A DNA stretch of 64,000 nt, from assembly GCA_964563795.1 (NCBI GenBank), contig CAZLYB010000004.1, positions 57,026-121,025 of the forward strand. The letters run 5' to 3'. Origin of the DNA: an uncultured Bacteriovoracaceae bacterium. GTDB lineage: Bacteria; Bdellovibrionota; UBA1018. The translations under genes and the position numbers were made by a program. Under the pieces are notes generated by a model. The model was not told the origin of the DNA. It did no database searches and saw only the letters and a list, made by a program, of their open reading frames with translations. This document shows, piece after piece, positions 53,818 through 63,295 of the stretch (position 1 is the stretch's first letter; every line of letters begins with the position of its first letter).

Positions 53818-54975
53818 TCAGGGCCTACCGAGCAAGTTCCAAAGCACGAGCCAGATCGCCTGCGGGATCCAGTGACCGGTTTGAATAAAAGCGCTTTTCC
53901 AAACTAATGGATTCTTTTCCAACAGGATTTTTTGCTGGGTTAATGGAGCTTGAATCGCATTCAGAGCAAAACCACAGCTTTTCGAATCCCTCCTCGCTTC
54001 GGCATCGATTGCGAAAGGGAGTAACCGAGAAAGATATTCCCCAACAGGGTGGCCATCTTCTCGAGTTCCGTCACTGGCTTGCCACTCTCTCACGTCGTAG
54101 GTTTGATTCTGAAAATCGCGAAAAACGAGGCTTTGGTTCGCGAAAAAAATGGATTTTGGCTGTATGAAATCATAGGCAGCCGTTTTACGGTCTCTCAAGT
54201 CATTTAAAATCCAATCTTTTGTCGCTCTGGTTTCCCAAATATCTTTTAAATCGTTAGCCCAATTTAAATCTCTGCTTAGATCAGCTGCGCTCTTCGCCAA
54301 AAAAAACGTATAGAGCCAAGAATAATGGTCTCCACGGATCCTGATTTCCGATTTTTTTCCAGTTGGGTTTTCAGGAAAAGGAAGATCGCCCTCCAAAGTT
54401 TTTTTGAGCCAGGACTTCACCCAGGCGGTATCCGCCTGTTGCACTTTATCGATCTGTGAGGCAAGCAATGCAAACCATCCCATCCCTATGGGGAACATTA
54501 AATTCTTCCCTTTGCCGTAAATCCAAGGCTTGAACCACGCCATCTCACTCTTCCATCGATCATTCAGCTTATAGACTGTTCTCTGGAATTCTGATGTCGT
54601 ACCGCTAGTAACACTGATGATTGAAAGAAGCGCCCAGTACGCTGCGACTGACGAGTGCCAGTCGTAGTTCTCTGAAAAAACGGAGTTTTTGGTATCTTGG
54701 TAATAATTGCAGCTGATCACGTTGTACTGCTTACATTCAGGATCGTTCCGATGAGCAAAGGTGCAATTGCTCGGAATCGGGAATTTGCAATCATTCAAGC
54801 CTCTAAACTCCGTCACATAAGTGGTTTTCATGAGAATGGGCTTCAGCTGATTTTGAGCAAGCTCCAGAATTTTTTGCTGAATCTTTGGGCCGCATCCAGA
54901 GCTAATTGAACCCGCATCGCAGTCAAAAGCCCCGATAAAAGCCACCAGAGCCAATATCCAGATCATTTTTTTCAT
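53818..54975 (-). CDS. Secreted hypothetical protein, Cys/Trp-rich
   Basis: The start was refined to MKKMIWILALVAFIGAFDCDAGS (signal peptide). The track ORF extends to 55197 and overlaps the folD 5' end. Confidence 0.5.
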   Translation of the reverse strand: MKKMIWILALVAFIGAFDCDAGSISSGCGPKIQQKILELAQNQLKPILMKTTYVTEFRGLNDCKFPIPSNCTFAHRNDPECKQYNVISCNYYQDTKNSVFSENYDWHSSVAAYWALLSIISVTSGTTSEFQRTVYKLNDRWKSEMAWFKPWIYGKGKNLMFPIGMGWFALLASQIDKVQQADTAWVKSWLKKTLEGDLPFPENPTGKKSEIRIRGDHYSWLYTFFLAKSAADLSRDLNWANDLKDIWETRATKDWILNDLRDRKTAAYDFIQPKSIFFANQSLVFRDFQNQTYDVREWQASDGTREDGHPVGEYLSRLLPFAIDAEARRDSKSCGFALNAIQAPLTQQKILLEKNPLVWKSAFIQTGHWIPQAIWLVLWNLLGRP

Positions 54976-55056
54976 AACCACTTCTCCGGGTCGCAGGCTT
55001 AGCACGACTTGCGTTTTCTTGCACTCCCTTTGGGGCCGCGCTAGGATCGGCTCCCG

Positions 55057-55908
55057 ATGCCCACCCTCCTGGAAGCAAAAGCCGTAGCCGCCGCAATAGA
55101 AACTGAGCTCCAAAACGAAGTGGAGACTTTCAAGAAATCGCAGGGGCGAACCCCGCGGCTCGTGGTGGTACTTGTGGGCGAGAATCCCGCAAGCCAACTT
55201 TACGTGAAAAGAAAATCCGAGGCCGCAAAACGCCTGGGAATCCGGGGAGAGACGATCACTCTACCCGCAACCTCAACACCTGCCGAAGTTCGCTCGCGCA
55301 TTGCAGCCTTGAATTCAGATCCGGACGTCGACGGAATCCTCATTCAAAGGCCGCTTCCCCCTTCATTCAAAGAAGAGGAAGTCCTTTATTGGGTTCACCC
55401 TTCCAAGGATGTGGACGCGTTTCATCCCGAGAACGCGGGGCGGCTGTGGCTCGGGCTCGACTCCTTCCAGCCCTGCACGCCGGCCGGGGTCATGGAGTTG
55501 CTGAAGCATTACAAAATCCCAGTCCAGGGCAAAACCGCCTGCGTGCTCGGGCGAAGCTCCATCGTGGGCAAGCCCATGGCCGCTCTCCTGCTTCAGGCCG
55601 ACGCCACCGTCCTCCATTGCCACAGCAAAACGCCACAACTGGAATCGCTCTCCAAAAGCGCGGATCTCGTGATCGTCGCCATCGGCCAGCCCGAACACAT
55701 TGATGAACGCTTCATCAAACCGGGCGCCGTTGTCGTGGACGTGGGCATTCACCGCGCCGCTGAGGGACGCGTGGTGGGCGATGTTCGCTTTGATCGCGTG
55801 GCGCCGATCGCATCCGCGATCACGCCGGTGCCAGGCGGCGTGGGCCCGATGACGATCGGGATCCTCATGCGCAACACGGTGAGGGCAGCGAAGCTCCGCG
55901 CCCGCTGA
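55057..55908 (+). CDS. folD: Bifunctional methylenetetrahydrofolate dehydrogenase/cyclohydrolase
   Basis: FolD motifs are present: VVLVGENPASQLYVKRK, GRSSIVGKP, and the dehydrogenase region VVDVGIHR. The length is 283 aa. Confidence 0.9.
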   Translation: MPTLLEAKAVAAAIETELQNEVETFKKSQGRTPRLVVVLVGENPASQLYVKRKSEAAKRLGIRGETITLPATSTPAEVRSRIAALNSDPDVDGILIQRPLPPSFKEEEVLYWVHPSKDVDAFHPENAGRLWLGLDSFQPCTPAGVMELLKHYKIPVQGKTACVLGRSSIVGKPMAALLLQADATVLHCHSKTPQLESLSKSADLVIVAIGQPEHIDERFIKPGAVVVDVGIHRAAEGRVVGDVRFDRVAPIASAITPVPGGVGPMTIGILMRNTVRAAKLRAR

Positions 55909-55915
55909 GGCGGCG

Positions 55916-57676
55916 CTATTTACGATTCAGGGTCAGCGGCTGAGTCGTTGAAAGCTTGGGCGCGATGATCTGATTGAGCTCCAGCCCCAGCTGATTTCCC
56001 GTCCTCAGTGAGAGCCTGATATTGACGTTTACGGGGACCTGCTGTGCGACCCAAACTCCGTTTCGCTCCACGACGACGCATTTGTCGAAAACCGTGAGAA
56101 CATAGGGAAGCGCGCTCGTGATCAACTGCCCCACGACGAAGGTCTGGTCCAAACATCGGGTGACCACGTCGAATTGATTGTCAGCGATGCGAAGCACGTC
56201 CTTGCCGTCAAACGTGATTTTGGTCGGCCCGCTCAAACTGCTATAGAGAACTTCCGCATTGACCTTGAACTCTTGAGTCGAAACACGCTCAACACTCGCG
56301 GATGAAGATAAAACCTCATAACGAGTGCCGGTGGAAACCGCCTCGAGCGCGCCACCAGTCCCCGCATAAGATCCCTCAAAAGCCGGCAGCGCGTCTTGAA
56401 TGGGTTGCACCAGATCCGCCCAATCCGCCATGGGCCGCGCGAGATTGCCCTTGGGCCAGAGCCGGAGCAAGAGCGGCTGAAACTGCCCCTGAAAATTCCT
56501 GAAACTTCCTCCAACGAGAATCGTCCCTTCCAAGCCCAAACGAACATCAGTGACAAAACCTCCTGTAAATCCCTTGCCCTGATGGTTTTGGTTGAAGCGA
56601 GGATCCAAGTTCCCCGAGCTGTCCAGCTGAACCAATCCCGCAAACGTGCCTTTTCCGTAAGTGACGAAATTTCCGCCCACCAGCACGCCTCCAGCTGGCA
56701 GCGGCTCCACGGATGAAATCAAAGGCGGCGCATAAGCGAGATTTTTAGCCTCAAGCGAGATGAAGCTCTGATCTTTTTGCCCGTCCTGCTGGAAACGATA
56801 AACGAATTTGCCATCCGTCGCGAAAACCCGGGCATCGGGCTGGCCAGAGCGATAGCTCAGGCCCACCCACGTCAGCGGATCTTCCGTCGCCTGAAAGAAT
56901 CCTTGAAACTCCCCATCTCTTCCTAGTTTCAAAAGCCCTGCGTCGGGAATCAGATGAGGGAGGCGAATTTGCCCCAAGTAAGAAAACAATTTTCCTGAAA
57001 CCCAGATCGTTCCATCTGCTGCTTGAACGATTCCATGAACGTTGCCGATCAATCCCGTCAAATCTTCAGTAGGCGCTGGATTTTTGGGGTGCGCTTTGAA
57101 GCTATAATCCAAAGTCCCATCCGCGTTCAGGCGCGCGAGATTTTGCACAGAAATCCCGCTGACCCGATTGAACTCTCCAACCACGAGGACCTTGCCATCG
57201 GATTGCAGCGCAAGCGAACGAATCCGGCCACGCTCGTAATAGCGTTTGCCGCTGTAGATATGATCCGAGAAAAAACCGGTTCCGATCTCGTAATCCTCAT
57301 CGAGCTTGCCGTTCTGATCGAGCCTCACGAGGTTCGCAACGGGCTCACCCTGAAAATGATCGAAGTCCCCCGCGACTAAAATCTTGCCTGATGGAAGCGG
57401 GAGAAGATGCTGGATTTTTCCAAAGGCCAAAATCCCGGAGATCTTTTTTTGGAAGCCCGCTCCGACGTCAAATGAAAGATCCACGGATCCGTTCGTGAAC
57501 AATCGAATGAGTCCGCTTTTCACCTGGGTGCTCAAACCTGAAAAATTCCCGGCCACGTAGACGTGACCCGTGCCTGGCTCAACGGCGATTCGGTCGACAT
57601 CGCCCCAGGCCGCGCTCCCGAAGATGAAAACGGAGATCAAACCCACTTGCTTGAAACGCGAAAAAACTTTCTCCAT
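55916..57676 (-). CDS. Delta-60 repeat domain protein (secreted beta-propeller-like)
   Basis: Motifs of the form L-[RL]-L-[ND]-x-[DN]-G-x-L-D-x-x-F recur every 50-60 aa (LARLNADGTLDYSF, VQLDSSGNLDPRF, VRLDQNGKLDEDY). The start was set at MEKVFSRF... (signal peptide). Confidence 0.65.
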   Translation of the reverse strand: MEKVFSRFKQVGLISVFIFGSAAWGDVDRIAVEPGTGHVYVAGNFSGLSTQVKSGLIRLFTNGSVDLSFDVGAGFQKKISGILAFGKIQHLLPLPSGKILVAGDFDHFQGEPVANLVRLDQNGKLDEDYEIGTGFFSDHIYSGKRYYERGRIRSLALQSDGKVLVVGEFNRVSGISVQNLARLNADGTLDYSFKAHPKNPAPTEDLTGLIGNVHGIVQAADGTIWVSGKLFSYLGQIRLPHLIPDAGLLKLGRDGEFQGFFQATEDPLTWVGLSYRSGQPDARVFATDGKFVYRFQQDGQKDQSFISLEAKNLAYAPPLISSVEPLPAGGVLVGGNFVTYGKGTFAGLVQLDSSGNLDPRFNQNHQGKGFTGGFVTDVRLGLEGTILVGGSFRNFQGQFQPLLLRLWPKGNLARPMADWADLVQPIQDALPAFEGSYAGTGGALEAVSTGTRYEVLSSSASVERVSTQEFKVNAEVLYSSLSGPTKITFDGKDVLRIADNQFDVVTRCLDQTFVVGQLITSALPYVLTVFDKCVVVERNGVWVAQQVPVNVNIRLSLRTGNQLGLELNQIIAPKLSTTQPLTLNRK

Positions 57677-57677
57677 C

Positions 57678-60104
57678 TCAGCGATCCTCCCCATCCACAC
57701 TCAAATCAGACACTTTCACGCGAAAAATCCAGGGCATGTAAGGCGCCGAAAACGAGCCTCCGATCAGGATGCGATCCTGTGACTGGAGCGCAAAAGCTTG
57801 GGGAGCCCCGCTCTTCTGGCTTTGGCGCACAGGAAGCCACGGATCCCAGGGACTCGGAAGCGGCGATCCATTGGGACCGAGTGTTTTGAGCGCGATGACT
57901 TCCTTTCGGGTGGAGGAATCCGTGCCCTGCCAACTCACCAAAATTCGCCCGTCAAGCGGCAACGCCAAAGCGTCATTGAAAAGGGGATAATCGATGCTCA
58001 ATGAAGTTCCATCCGACGCGGTAAATAGCCTTGGGATAAAACCAGGATCCCATTGACCAGAAGCCATCACTCGCGCCAAAAATCCGGCTTCCCTGGGATA
58101 ATGCGACATGCGGCCCAAAACCCCGGCAAAGAGCCACGAACCATTCCCCCCGGGGAATAGTCTTTCGATGTTCGATGGTCCTGGGGGCTTCGGCGTGGAG
58201 CTCTCCCTGACGAACCCGTCTCTCTTGAGATTCACAAGGCTATTGAGACCCGTCACTCCATCGTAGCTTGAAAAAATCCCGCCGAGCATCAAACCCCGGT
58301 CCGAGAGCATCACCCCGTCATTGAAGGCGGCGCTCGTTTCGACGAACCCCAGCGCGCCCGCCCCAAAGCCAGAGTACAGCGAGCCATCGGTGTTCAAGAT
58401 CGCCACCCCAGCCCGGGTGGCTCCGTTCCATTTGCTGAATTTTCCAAGCACGATGAAGCGCTGATCGGCTGCGCGAAAAAACCCTCGGCTCACGTCGTAA
58501 TCCGGCCCCGTGCCCGTATCAAAACTTTCATCCAAACTCCCGTCGGCGTTGAGGAGCGCGATCCTGGATTTTGCGATGCCGTCATAGCGATCAAAATTTC
58601 CGGCGATCAAAAGCTTGCCGTCAGGTCGTGCTGCCAGCACCTGCGCCATTGCTTGCAGACCGCTTTGATTCGAAATCACTCTGAGCCTAAAGCCCGGGTC
58701 CACGCGCCCGCTTGGCGTGAGCACTACGATGCCACCTGGACGGCTCCAGCCCCAAAAATTCGAAAAACTCCCACTCACCGCGCTGCCCCCGTTTGAAAGC
58801 GAGGTAACGCGACTAACAGCGCTCACATCCCCTTGTTCGGTCAGCGAAGCGCTGGGTTCACCGCCAGGACTGAAATCCAGGTTCACGCGACCCAGCGCAC
58901 TGGGCTCTTGAGTGAGGCCCGCTGCAGCACCACCGCGGGAATTGTTCCAACCAAAAAGAAGCTGCCCGGAGCTCAGGCTAGCGAGCGGAATCAAGCCGGG
59001 TTGAGTCTGCTGAGCGATCCATGGGAGCGCGCTACTGGGGATCGCACCCTGATCATCCAGGGCGAGCGTCAGGGGCCGCCCATTCGCCCGGCCCTGCAAC
59101 CAAATCCCCGCGTCTTGCCCTCGTTCCAGGGCCAAGGATGCCTGTTTCATTTGATGGAGCGAAATGACGCGTGAATCGAGATTAAATCCCGTATCCATGC
59201 TCCCATCCGAATTGAGCCGTAGAAGAGGTGCTTCTGCCGAACCATTCGCCAAGCCCTGCCCAAAAACGGCGAGCTTTCCGTTTGAAAGCGCCGCCACCCC
59301 GGTGATCGAGCTGGCTTGCGTAGCGAGATATTTGAAACCCTGTCGATGGTCGACGGCCAAACCCTCTTCTTGTCCTTGGTCGCTCAGACGGGTGAGGCGG
59401 TTTCGGCTCGCGACCCAAACGCCGCCATCGGATTGGGCGGAAATCCAGAGGATCTCATTAGGGCGAGCGGGGTCCACGAAGAGGCGGGTAGGATTGGGCG
59501 TTATCTGCCCATCACTGCCGCTCACTCGGTCCACCCATTGCCGATATTCATTCGTGCGAGTCACCGGGTTATAAATCAACGCGTTTTTAGCTACCCAGAG
59601 ATCTCCATCCGGGCGAAGCTCCACGAGCCGCTCGTGCTTTACTTGAATCGGCGCCCAATTCGCATCGAGCGCGCCATCGGGATTGACCCTTAAAATCCTA
59701 GGGTCTGATGAAAAAGAAGAACCCGCGATCGCGGCAACGACCCAAAGCTTAGGGTGATTCGGATCAGAATTGCGATCGATGCCCAGGATCCTCATAACCC
59801 AGGAAATCGAGCTGAAATTGAGGAACACGCTGGAAGCCCGCTTGAACTGGAAAGACGGATCCAGCTTGCCTTGCGCGTCGAACTTCGCCAGCCCCTCTCC
59901 GCCCCTGCCGAATGAACAGTAAAAACCACCGCTGACGTAAGTAGCTGAATTCTTCTCATCAACAAAGGCGGAATAAACAGAATTAGCCGCCTGGAGCCAG
60001 CAGCGGCGTGTATCCCAGTCGGCTGCCTGAGACGGCTGTGCCCCTAGCTGCGAGAGCAAAACACAAAGAACTCCCATCCATCCTAAAAACAGCTGTTTTC
60101 TCAT
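57678..60104 (-). CDS. Delta-60 repeat domain protein (secreted, about 808 aa), tandem paralog
   Basis: Repeats include LRVNPDGALDANW, LRLNSDGSMDTGF, ALLNADGSLDESFDTGTG and AILNTDGSLYSGFGAG. The signal peptide is MRKQLFLGWMGVLCVLLSQLGAQPSQA. Confidence 0.65.
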   Translation of the reverse strand: MRKQLFLGWMGVLCVLLSQLGAQPSQAADWDTRRCWLQAANSVYSAFVDEKNSATYVSGGFYCSFGRGGEGLAKFDAQGKLDPSFQFKRASSVFLNFSSISWVMRILGIDRNSDPNHPKLWVVAAIAGSSFSSDPRILRVNPDGALDANWAPIQVKHERLVELRPDGDLWVAKNALIYNPVTRTNEYRQWVDRVSGSDGQITPNPTRLFVDPARPNEILWISAQSDGGVWVASRNRLTRLSDQGQEEGLAVDHRQGFKYLATQASSITGVAALSNGKLAVFGQGLANGSAEAPLLRLNSDGSMDTGFNLDSRVISLHQMKQASLALERGQDAGIWLQGRANGRPLTLALDDQGAIPSSALPWIAQQTQPGLIPLASLSSGQLLFGWNNSRGGAAAGLTQEPSALGRVNLDFSPGGEPSASLTEQGDVSAVSRVTSLSNGGSAVSGSFSNFWGWSRPGGIVVLTPSGRVDPGFRLRVISNQSGLQAMAQVLAARPDGKLLIAGNFDRYDGIAKSRIALLNADGSLDESFDTGTGPDYDVSRGFFRAADQRFIVLGKFSKWNGATRAGVAILNTDGSLYSGFGAGALGFVETSAAFNDGVMLSDRGLMLGGIFSSYDGVTGLNSLVNLKRDGFVRESSTPKPPGPSNIERLFPGGNGSWLFAGVLGRMSHYPREAGFLARVMASGQWDPGFIPRLFTASDGTSLSIDYPLFNDALALPLDGRILVSWQGTDSSTRKEVIALKTLGPNGSPLPSPWDPWLPVRQSQKSGAPQAFALQSQDRILIGGSFSAPYMPWIFRVKVSDLSVDGEDR

Positions 60105-60148
60105 GCCTGCCTCCTCAGGGGCCATGGAACGGCCTCACAGAAGCTTAC

Positions 60149-60200
60149 ACAAAAAAGAAAAAAAAACAAAAAAGACAATCTCCTCGAGTCTCAAGGAGAT
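60149..60200 (-). terminator. Rho-independent terminator after the 186-aa gene
   Basis: The minus strand reads ATCTCCTtgagactcgAGGAGAT (7-bp stem; the stop codon lies in the loop), followed by TGTCTTTTTTGTTTTTTTTTCTTTTTTGTG. Confidence 0.6.
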
Positions 60201-60751
60201 CGAGTATTGGCTCCGATGTCGGTGTATTTCCCATCGCTGAAAACATTCGTGACCTGCCGATAGGAAGCCGCGTTGACTTTACTGGCCTCAGACGGCCGAT
60301 CAAGGTCGATATTCAAATTCGCGATACTGAGGGAAAGTTGATCTTCCACGCACCCAGCGGAAGCGGCGGGGGACTGGGGCTTATTTTTGGCCGAGATTCG
60401 AATTTTTCCGCTATTCGCCTTGAGAAGCAGCTGAAGGAACTTTTCGCAACTGTTATCGCGGAAAGACGCACTCACTTCGTACGCTCGCTGCGCGGCGTTC
60501 GAGGATAATTTAATCTTAACTTTTTTGCCTTCACAACTCATGATCTGAAGTTTGACCCCAAATCGGCTCCAAACCAGGGTTTCGCTATTCTGCTTCAGTG
60601 TATTGTATTCTGCGCTGCCGCAATAATTCGCGTCATTCGCGTCAACGACAAAGTCCCACGAGAACGCCTTCGGCTTGGGCTCACCCCCGAACGCGACGAT
60701 CTCGATCGACATGATGATCATGATAAACAATAAATAGATAATATCTCTCAT
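60191..60751 (-). CDS. Secreted hypothetical protein (186 aa)
   Basis: The N-terminus is hydrophobic (MRDIIYLLFIMIIMSIEIVAFG). It has Cys pairs. No known domain was found. Confidence 0.45.
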   Translation of the reverse strand: MRDIIYLLFIMIIMSIEIVAFGGEPKPKAFSWDFVVDANDANYCGSAEYNTLKQNSETLVWSRFGVKLQIMSCEGKKVKIKLSSNAAQRAYEVSASFRDNSCEKFLQLLLKANSGKIRISAKNKPQSPAASAGCVEDQLSLSIANLNIDLDRPSEASKVNAASYRQVTNVFSDGKYTDIGANTRSP

Positions 60752-60897
60752 GCGGCCTTTAGATCACGGTTGCCTTTGGCTTAAAACCCTTCAATTCCAA
60801 AGCTTTTGCAAAGCTTGACCGGAACGCTCCCAACCTGGTAGGTATTGCCCCTTTACAGAAATGGCCGCAGTGGCCAGAATAAGTCAGAGTATTTTTT

Positions 60898-61722
60898 ATG
60901 AAAAATAGATTAAATTTATTTAAAAAAACATTCCTCCCTTCCGCCGCAGCAGCGACCCTGGCCGCGCTGATCCCCAGCTACGCGTTAGCCGTGGGAGATC
61001 CCGAAGTGAACCATTCGCTATCAATCGGAGGCGGAATCTCTTCCCCCTCCATCACGTCCGCTCTCGTGGAAAATCCAGCTGGGCTCGGGCACAACCGCCG
61101 TTTTAATCTGCTGGCTTCCGCGGTCTCCGATGACGACGATCACGACCACGTCGGGTTGGGCGGCCATCTCTACCTGGGCAACGGCTCCATCGGCGCGGGC
61201 TTGGGCCTCCAAAATTATTCGACCACGGGGGGCCGAACGGATCACAAGATCTTCAATTACGGGGCGGGTCTCATCGTGGATCCGTTGGACATCGCGATCG
61301 GCGCCGCAGCGGCCACCCGCCTTGGCGACAGCTCCACTGCCGCATTTTCCACCAACGTCGGGGCGCTCTTCAATCCGCGGGGAACGACCCGACTCGGATT
61401 CACCGCGTTCGATATCAATCACCAGTTCAATCAGTGGGGCGCCGGAATCGCGAGCGACATCGACCCTGCGGCCACCTTCGCTGTCGACTTCTCGACCAAT
61501 AAAGGCCGCCGCGCGAAAACCATCAAGCCGTCGCTGGGCATTCATCTCGCCGATCTTCAGCTCGTCGCGGGTTACGGCATCAAACTCGACGACGACGCCG
61601 GCAGCTGGATCCGTCGCGGCAGTTCCTTCGGCATCGGCCTCAAACTCACGCGCAACGCGCTCCTTCAGGCTTATTACAATCAGCTCTCCCTTTTTTACGC
61701 GGCGCTTAGGCTCGAACTTTAA
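60898..61722 (+). CDS. Outer-membrane beta-barrel protein (putative)
   Basis: The signal peptide is MKNRLNLFKKTFLPSAAAATLAALIPSYALA. It is rich in Gly, Ala and aromatics with alternating beta-strand patterns and a C-terminal ...YAALRLEL. Confidence 0.5.
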   Translation: MKNRLNLFKKTFLPSAAAATLAALIPSYALAVGDPEVNHSLSIGGGISSPSITSALVENPAGLGHNRRFNLLASAVSDDDDHDHVGLGGHLYLGNGSIGAGLGLQNYSTTGGRTDHKIFNYGAGLIVDPLDIAIGAAAATRLGDSSTAAFSTNVGALFNPRGTTRLGFTAFDINHQFNQWGAGIASDIDPAATFAVDFSTNKGRRAKTIKPSLGIHLADLQLVAGYGIKLDDDAGSWIRRGSSFGIGLKLTRNALLQAYYNQLSLFYAALRLEL

Positions 61723-61778
61723 TCGCATTCGTCAACGCGCGCTTGCCCGGCCGGGCAACCGATGTTACCTAAAAGTCC

Positions 61779-62915
61779 ATGTCGAAACGGACCGCGCTCT
61801 TTGAGGAACACCAACGCCTAAGCGGTCGCATCGTCGAATTCGGCGGATGGGAACTGCCCATCCAATACACCGGCGTCATGGACGAGCACCTCGCCTGCCG
61901 CGAAAAAGCGGGCCTCTTTGACGTCAGCCACATGGGCGAAATCGAAGTGCAAGGGCCGGATGCCTGCGCGTTCCTGGATTTTGCGGTGACCCAGGACCTG
62001 AGCGCCTGCGCCGTGGGCCAAGCCGTTTACACCGTGCTTTGCCACGAGAGCGGCGGCATCGTGGATGATCTCGTCATCTACCGCCGCGCCCCCGATCGTT
62101 TTCTCGCCGTCGTCAACGCGTCGAATACCGCGAAAGATTGGGATCACTTCCAAAGCGTTTCAAAAGAATTTCGCGCGCTGAATCCCCAAGCGGATTTTAA
62201 AATCGAAAACCAGAGCGCCGAGACTTCTCAAATCGCGATCCAGGGCCCGCAAGCTGAGACGATCCTCCAGCGCATCACTCAAACCCCTCTTTCATCCATT
62301 CAGACCTACCGCTTCGCTGAAGGCAGGCTTCTGGGCGAAATTTCTTCTCTCATCGCGCGAACCGGATACACCGGCGAAGATGGATTCGAGCTCTACACGC
62401 CCTGGCAAGCGGCGCCGCGCGTTTGGCGTGCGCTGCTTGAAGAAGGCGCGCCTCACGGGATCAAACCCTGCGGGCTCGGGGCGCGCGATACGCTCAGGCT
62501 TGAGATGAAATACCCGCTCTACGGGCATGAGCTCAGTGATGAGACCACGCCGCTTGAAGCAGGTCTCGGCTGGGTCGTGAAGCTCGCGAAAGCATCGCCC
62601 TTTATGGGCAAAGAAGCGCTCAGCGCGCAAAAAGCCGCGGGCGTGAAGAAAAAGCTCGTGGGCTTCAAACTCTTGGAGCGCGGAATCCCCCGCCAAGGCT
62701 ACCCCATCCTGGCGGATGGCCAAGCGATCGGAATCATCACGAGCGGAACGCATTCCCCCTCGCTGAAAGAAGCGATCGGAATCGGCTACGTCGATCTCGC
62801 CCACGCCGCTCCTGGGTGCGCGATCCAAGTGGATATTCGCGGAAGCCTCGTGCCCGCCCAAATCGTTCCCACGCCCTTTTACCGTCCCACCCCACGAAGG
62901 AGTCCCACATCATGA
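61779..62915 (+). CDS. gcvT: Glycine cleavage system aminomethyltransferase T
   Basis: The N-terminus is ...RTALFEEHQRLSGRIVEFGGWELPIQYTGVMDEHLACREKAGLFDVSHMG, followed by a folate-binding domain. The length is 378 aa. Confidence 0.9.
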   Translation: MSKRTALFEEHQRLSGRIVEFGGWELPIQYTGVMDEHLACREKAGLFDVSHMGEIEVQGPDACAFLDFAVTQDLSACAVGQAVYTVLCHESGGIVDDLVIYRRAPDRFLAVVNASNTAKDWDHFQSVSKEFRALNPQADFKIENQSAETSQIAIQGPQAETILQRITQTPLSSIQTYRFAEGRLLGEISSLIARTGYTGEDGFELYTPWQAAPRVWRALLEEGAPHGIKPCGLGARDTLRLEMKYPLYGHELSDETTPLEAGLGWVVKLAKASPFMGKEALSAQKAAGVKKKLVGFKLLERGIPRQGYPILADGQAIGIITSGTHSPSLKEAIGIGYVDLAHAAPGCAIQVDIRGSLVPAQIVPTPFYRPTPRRSPTS

Positions 62916-63295
62916 AATTCCCCGAAAACCTCAAGTACACGCGCGATCACGAATGGGCCAAGATCGAAGGCTCAACCCTCACGGTTGGCGTAACCGATCA
63001 TGCGCAGAGCTCGCTAGGCGATGTGGTGTTCGTGGAACTGCCTGCCGTCGGGCGCGAGCTCAAAAAGGGCGAGACCTTCGGCGTGATCGAGAGCATCAAG
63101 GCGGTCTCCGACCTTTACAGCCCCGTCTCAGGGAAAGTCACGGCGGTGAATTCGGATCTGATCCAGAATCCTTCGCTCATCAACACCGACCCGCACGCGG
63201 GCGCGTGGATGATCCGCCTTGAGGCGGCGAATCCCGCGGAACTCAGCGACCTGCTGAGCGCCGGGGATTACGCTAAGACCGTAGAGACGAATTAG
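62912..63295 (+). CDS. gcvH: Glycine cleavage system H protein (lipoyl carrier)
   Basis: MKFPENLKYTRDHEWAKIEG... is followed by the lipoyl-lysine motif GVIESIKAVSDLYSPVSG. Its ATG overlaps the gcvT stop (ATGA). The track ORF has a spurious 32-codon N-terminal extension. Confidence 0.9.
   Translation: MKFPENLKYTRDHEWAKIEGSTLTVGVTDHAQSSLGDVVFVELPAVGRELKKGETFGVIESIKAVSDLYSPVSGKVTAVNSDLIQNPSLINTDPHAGAWMIRLEAANPAELSDLLSAGDYAKTVETN

Noticed and set aside
61723-61778. Expected glycine riboswitch upstream of gcvT
   Set aside because: The intergenic leader is only about 56 nt, too short for even a single glycine aptamer. Only a GC palindrome is present.
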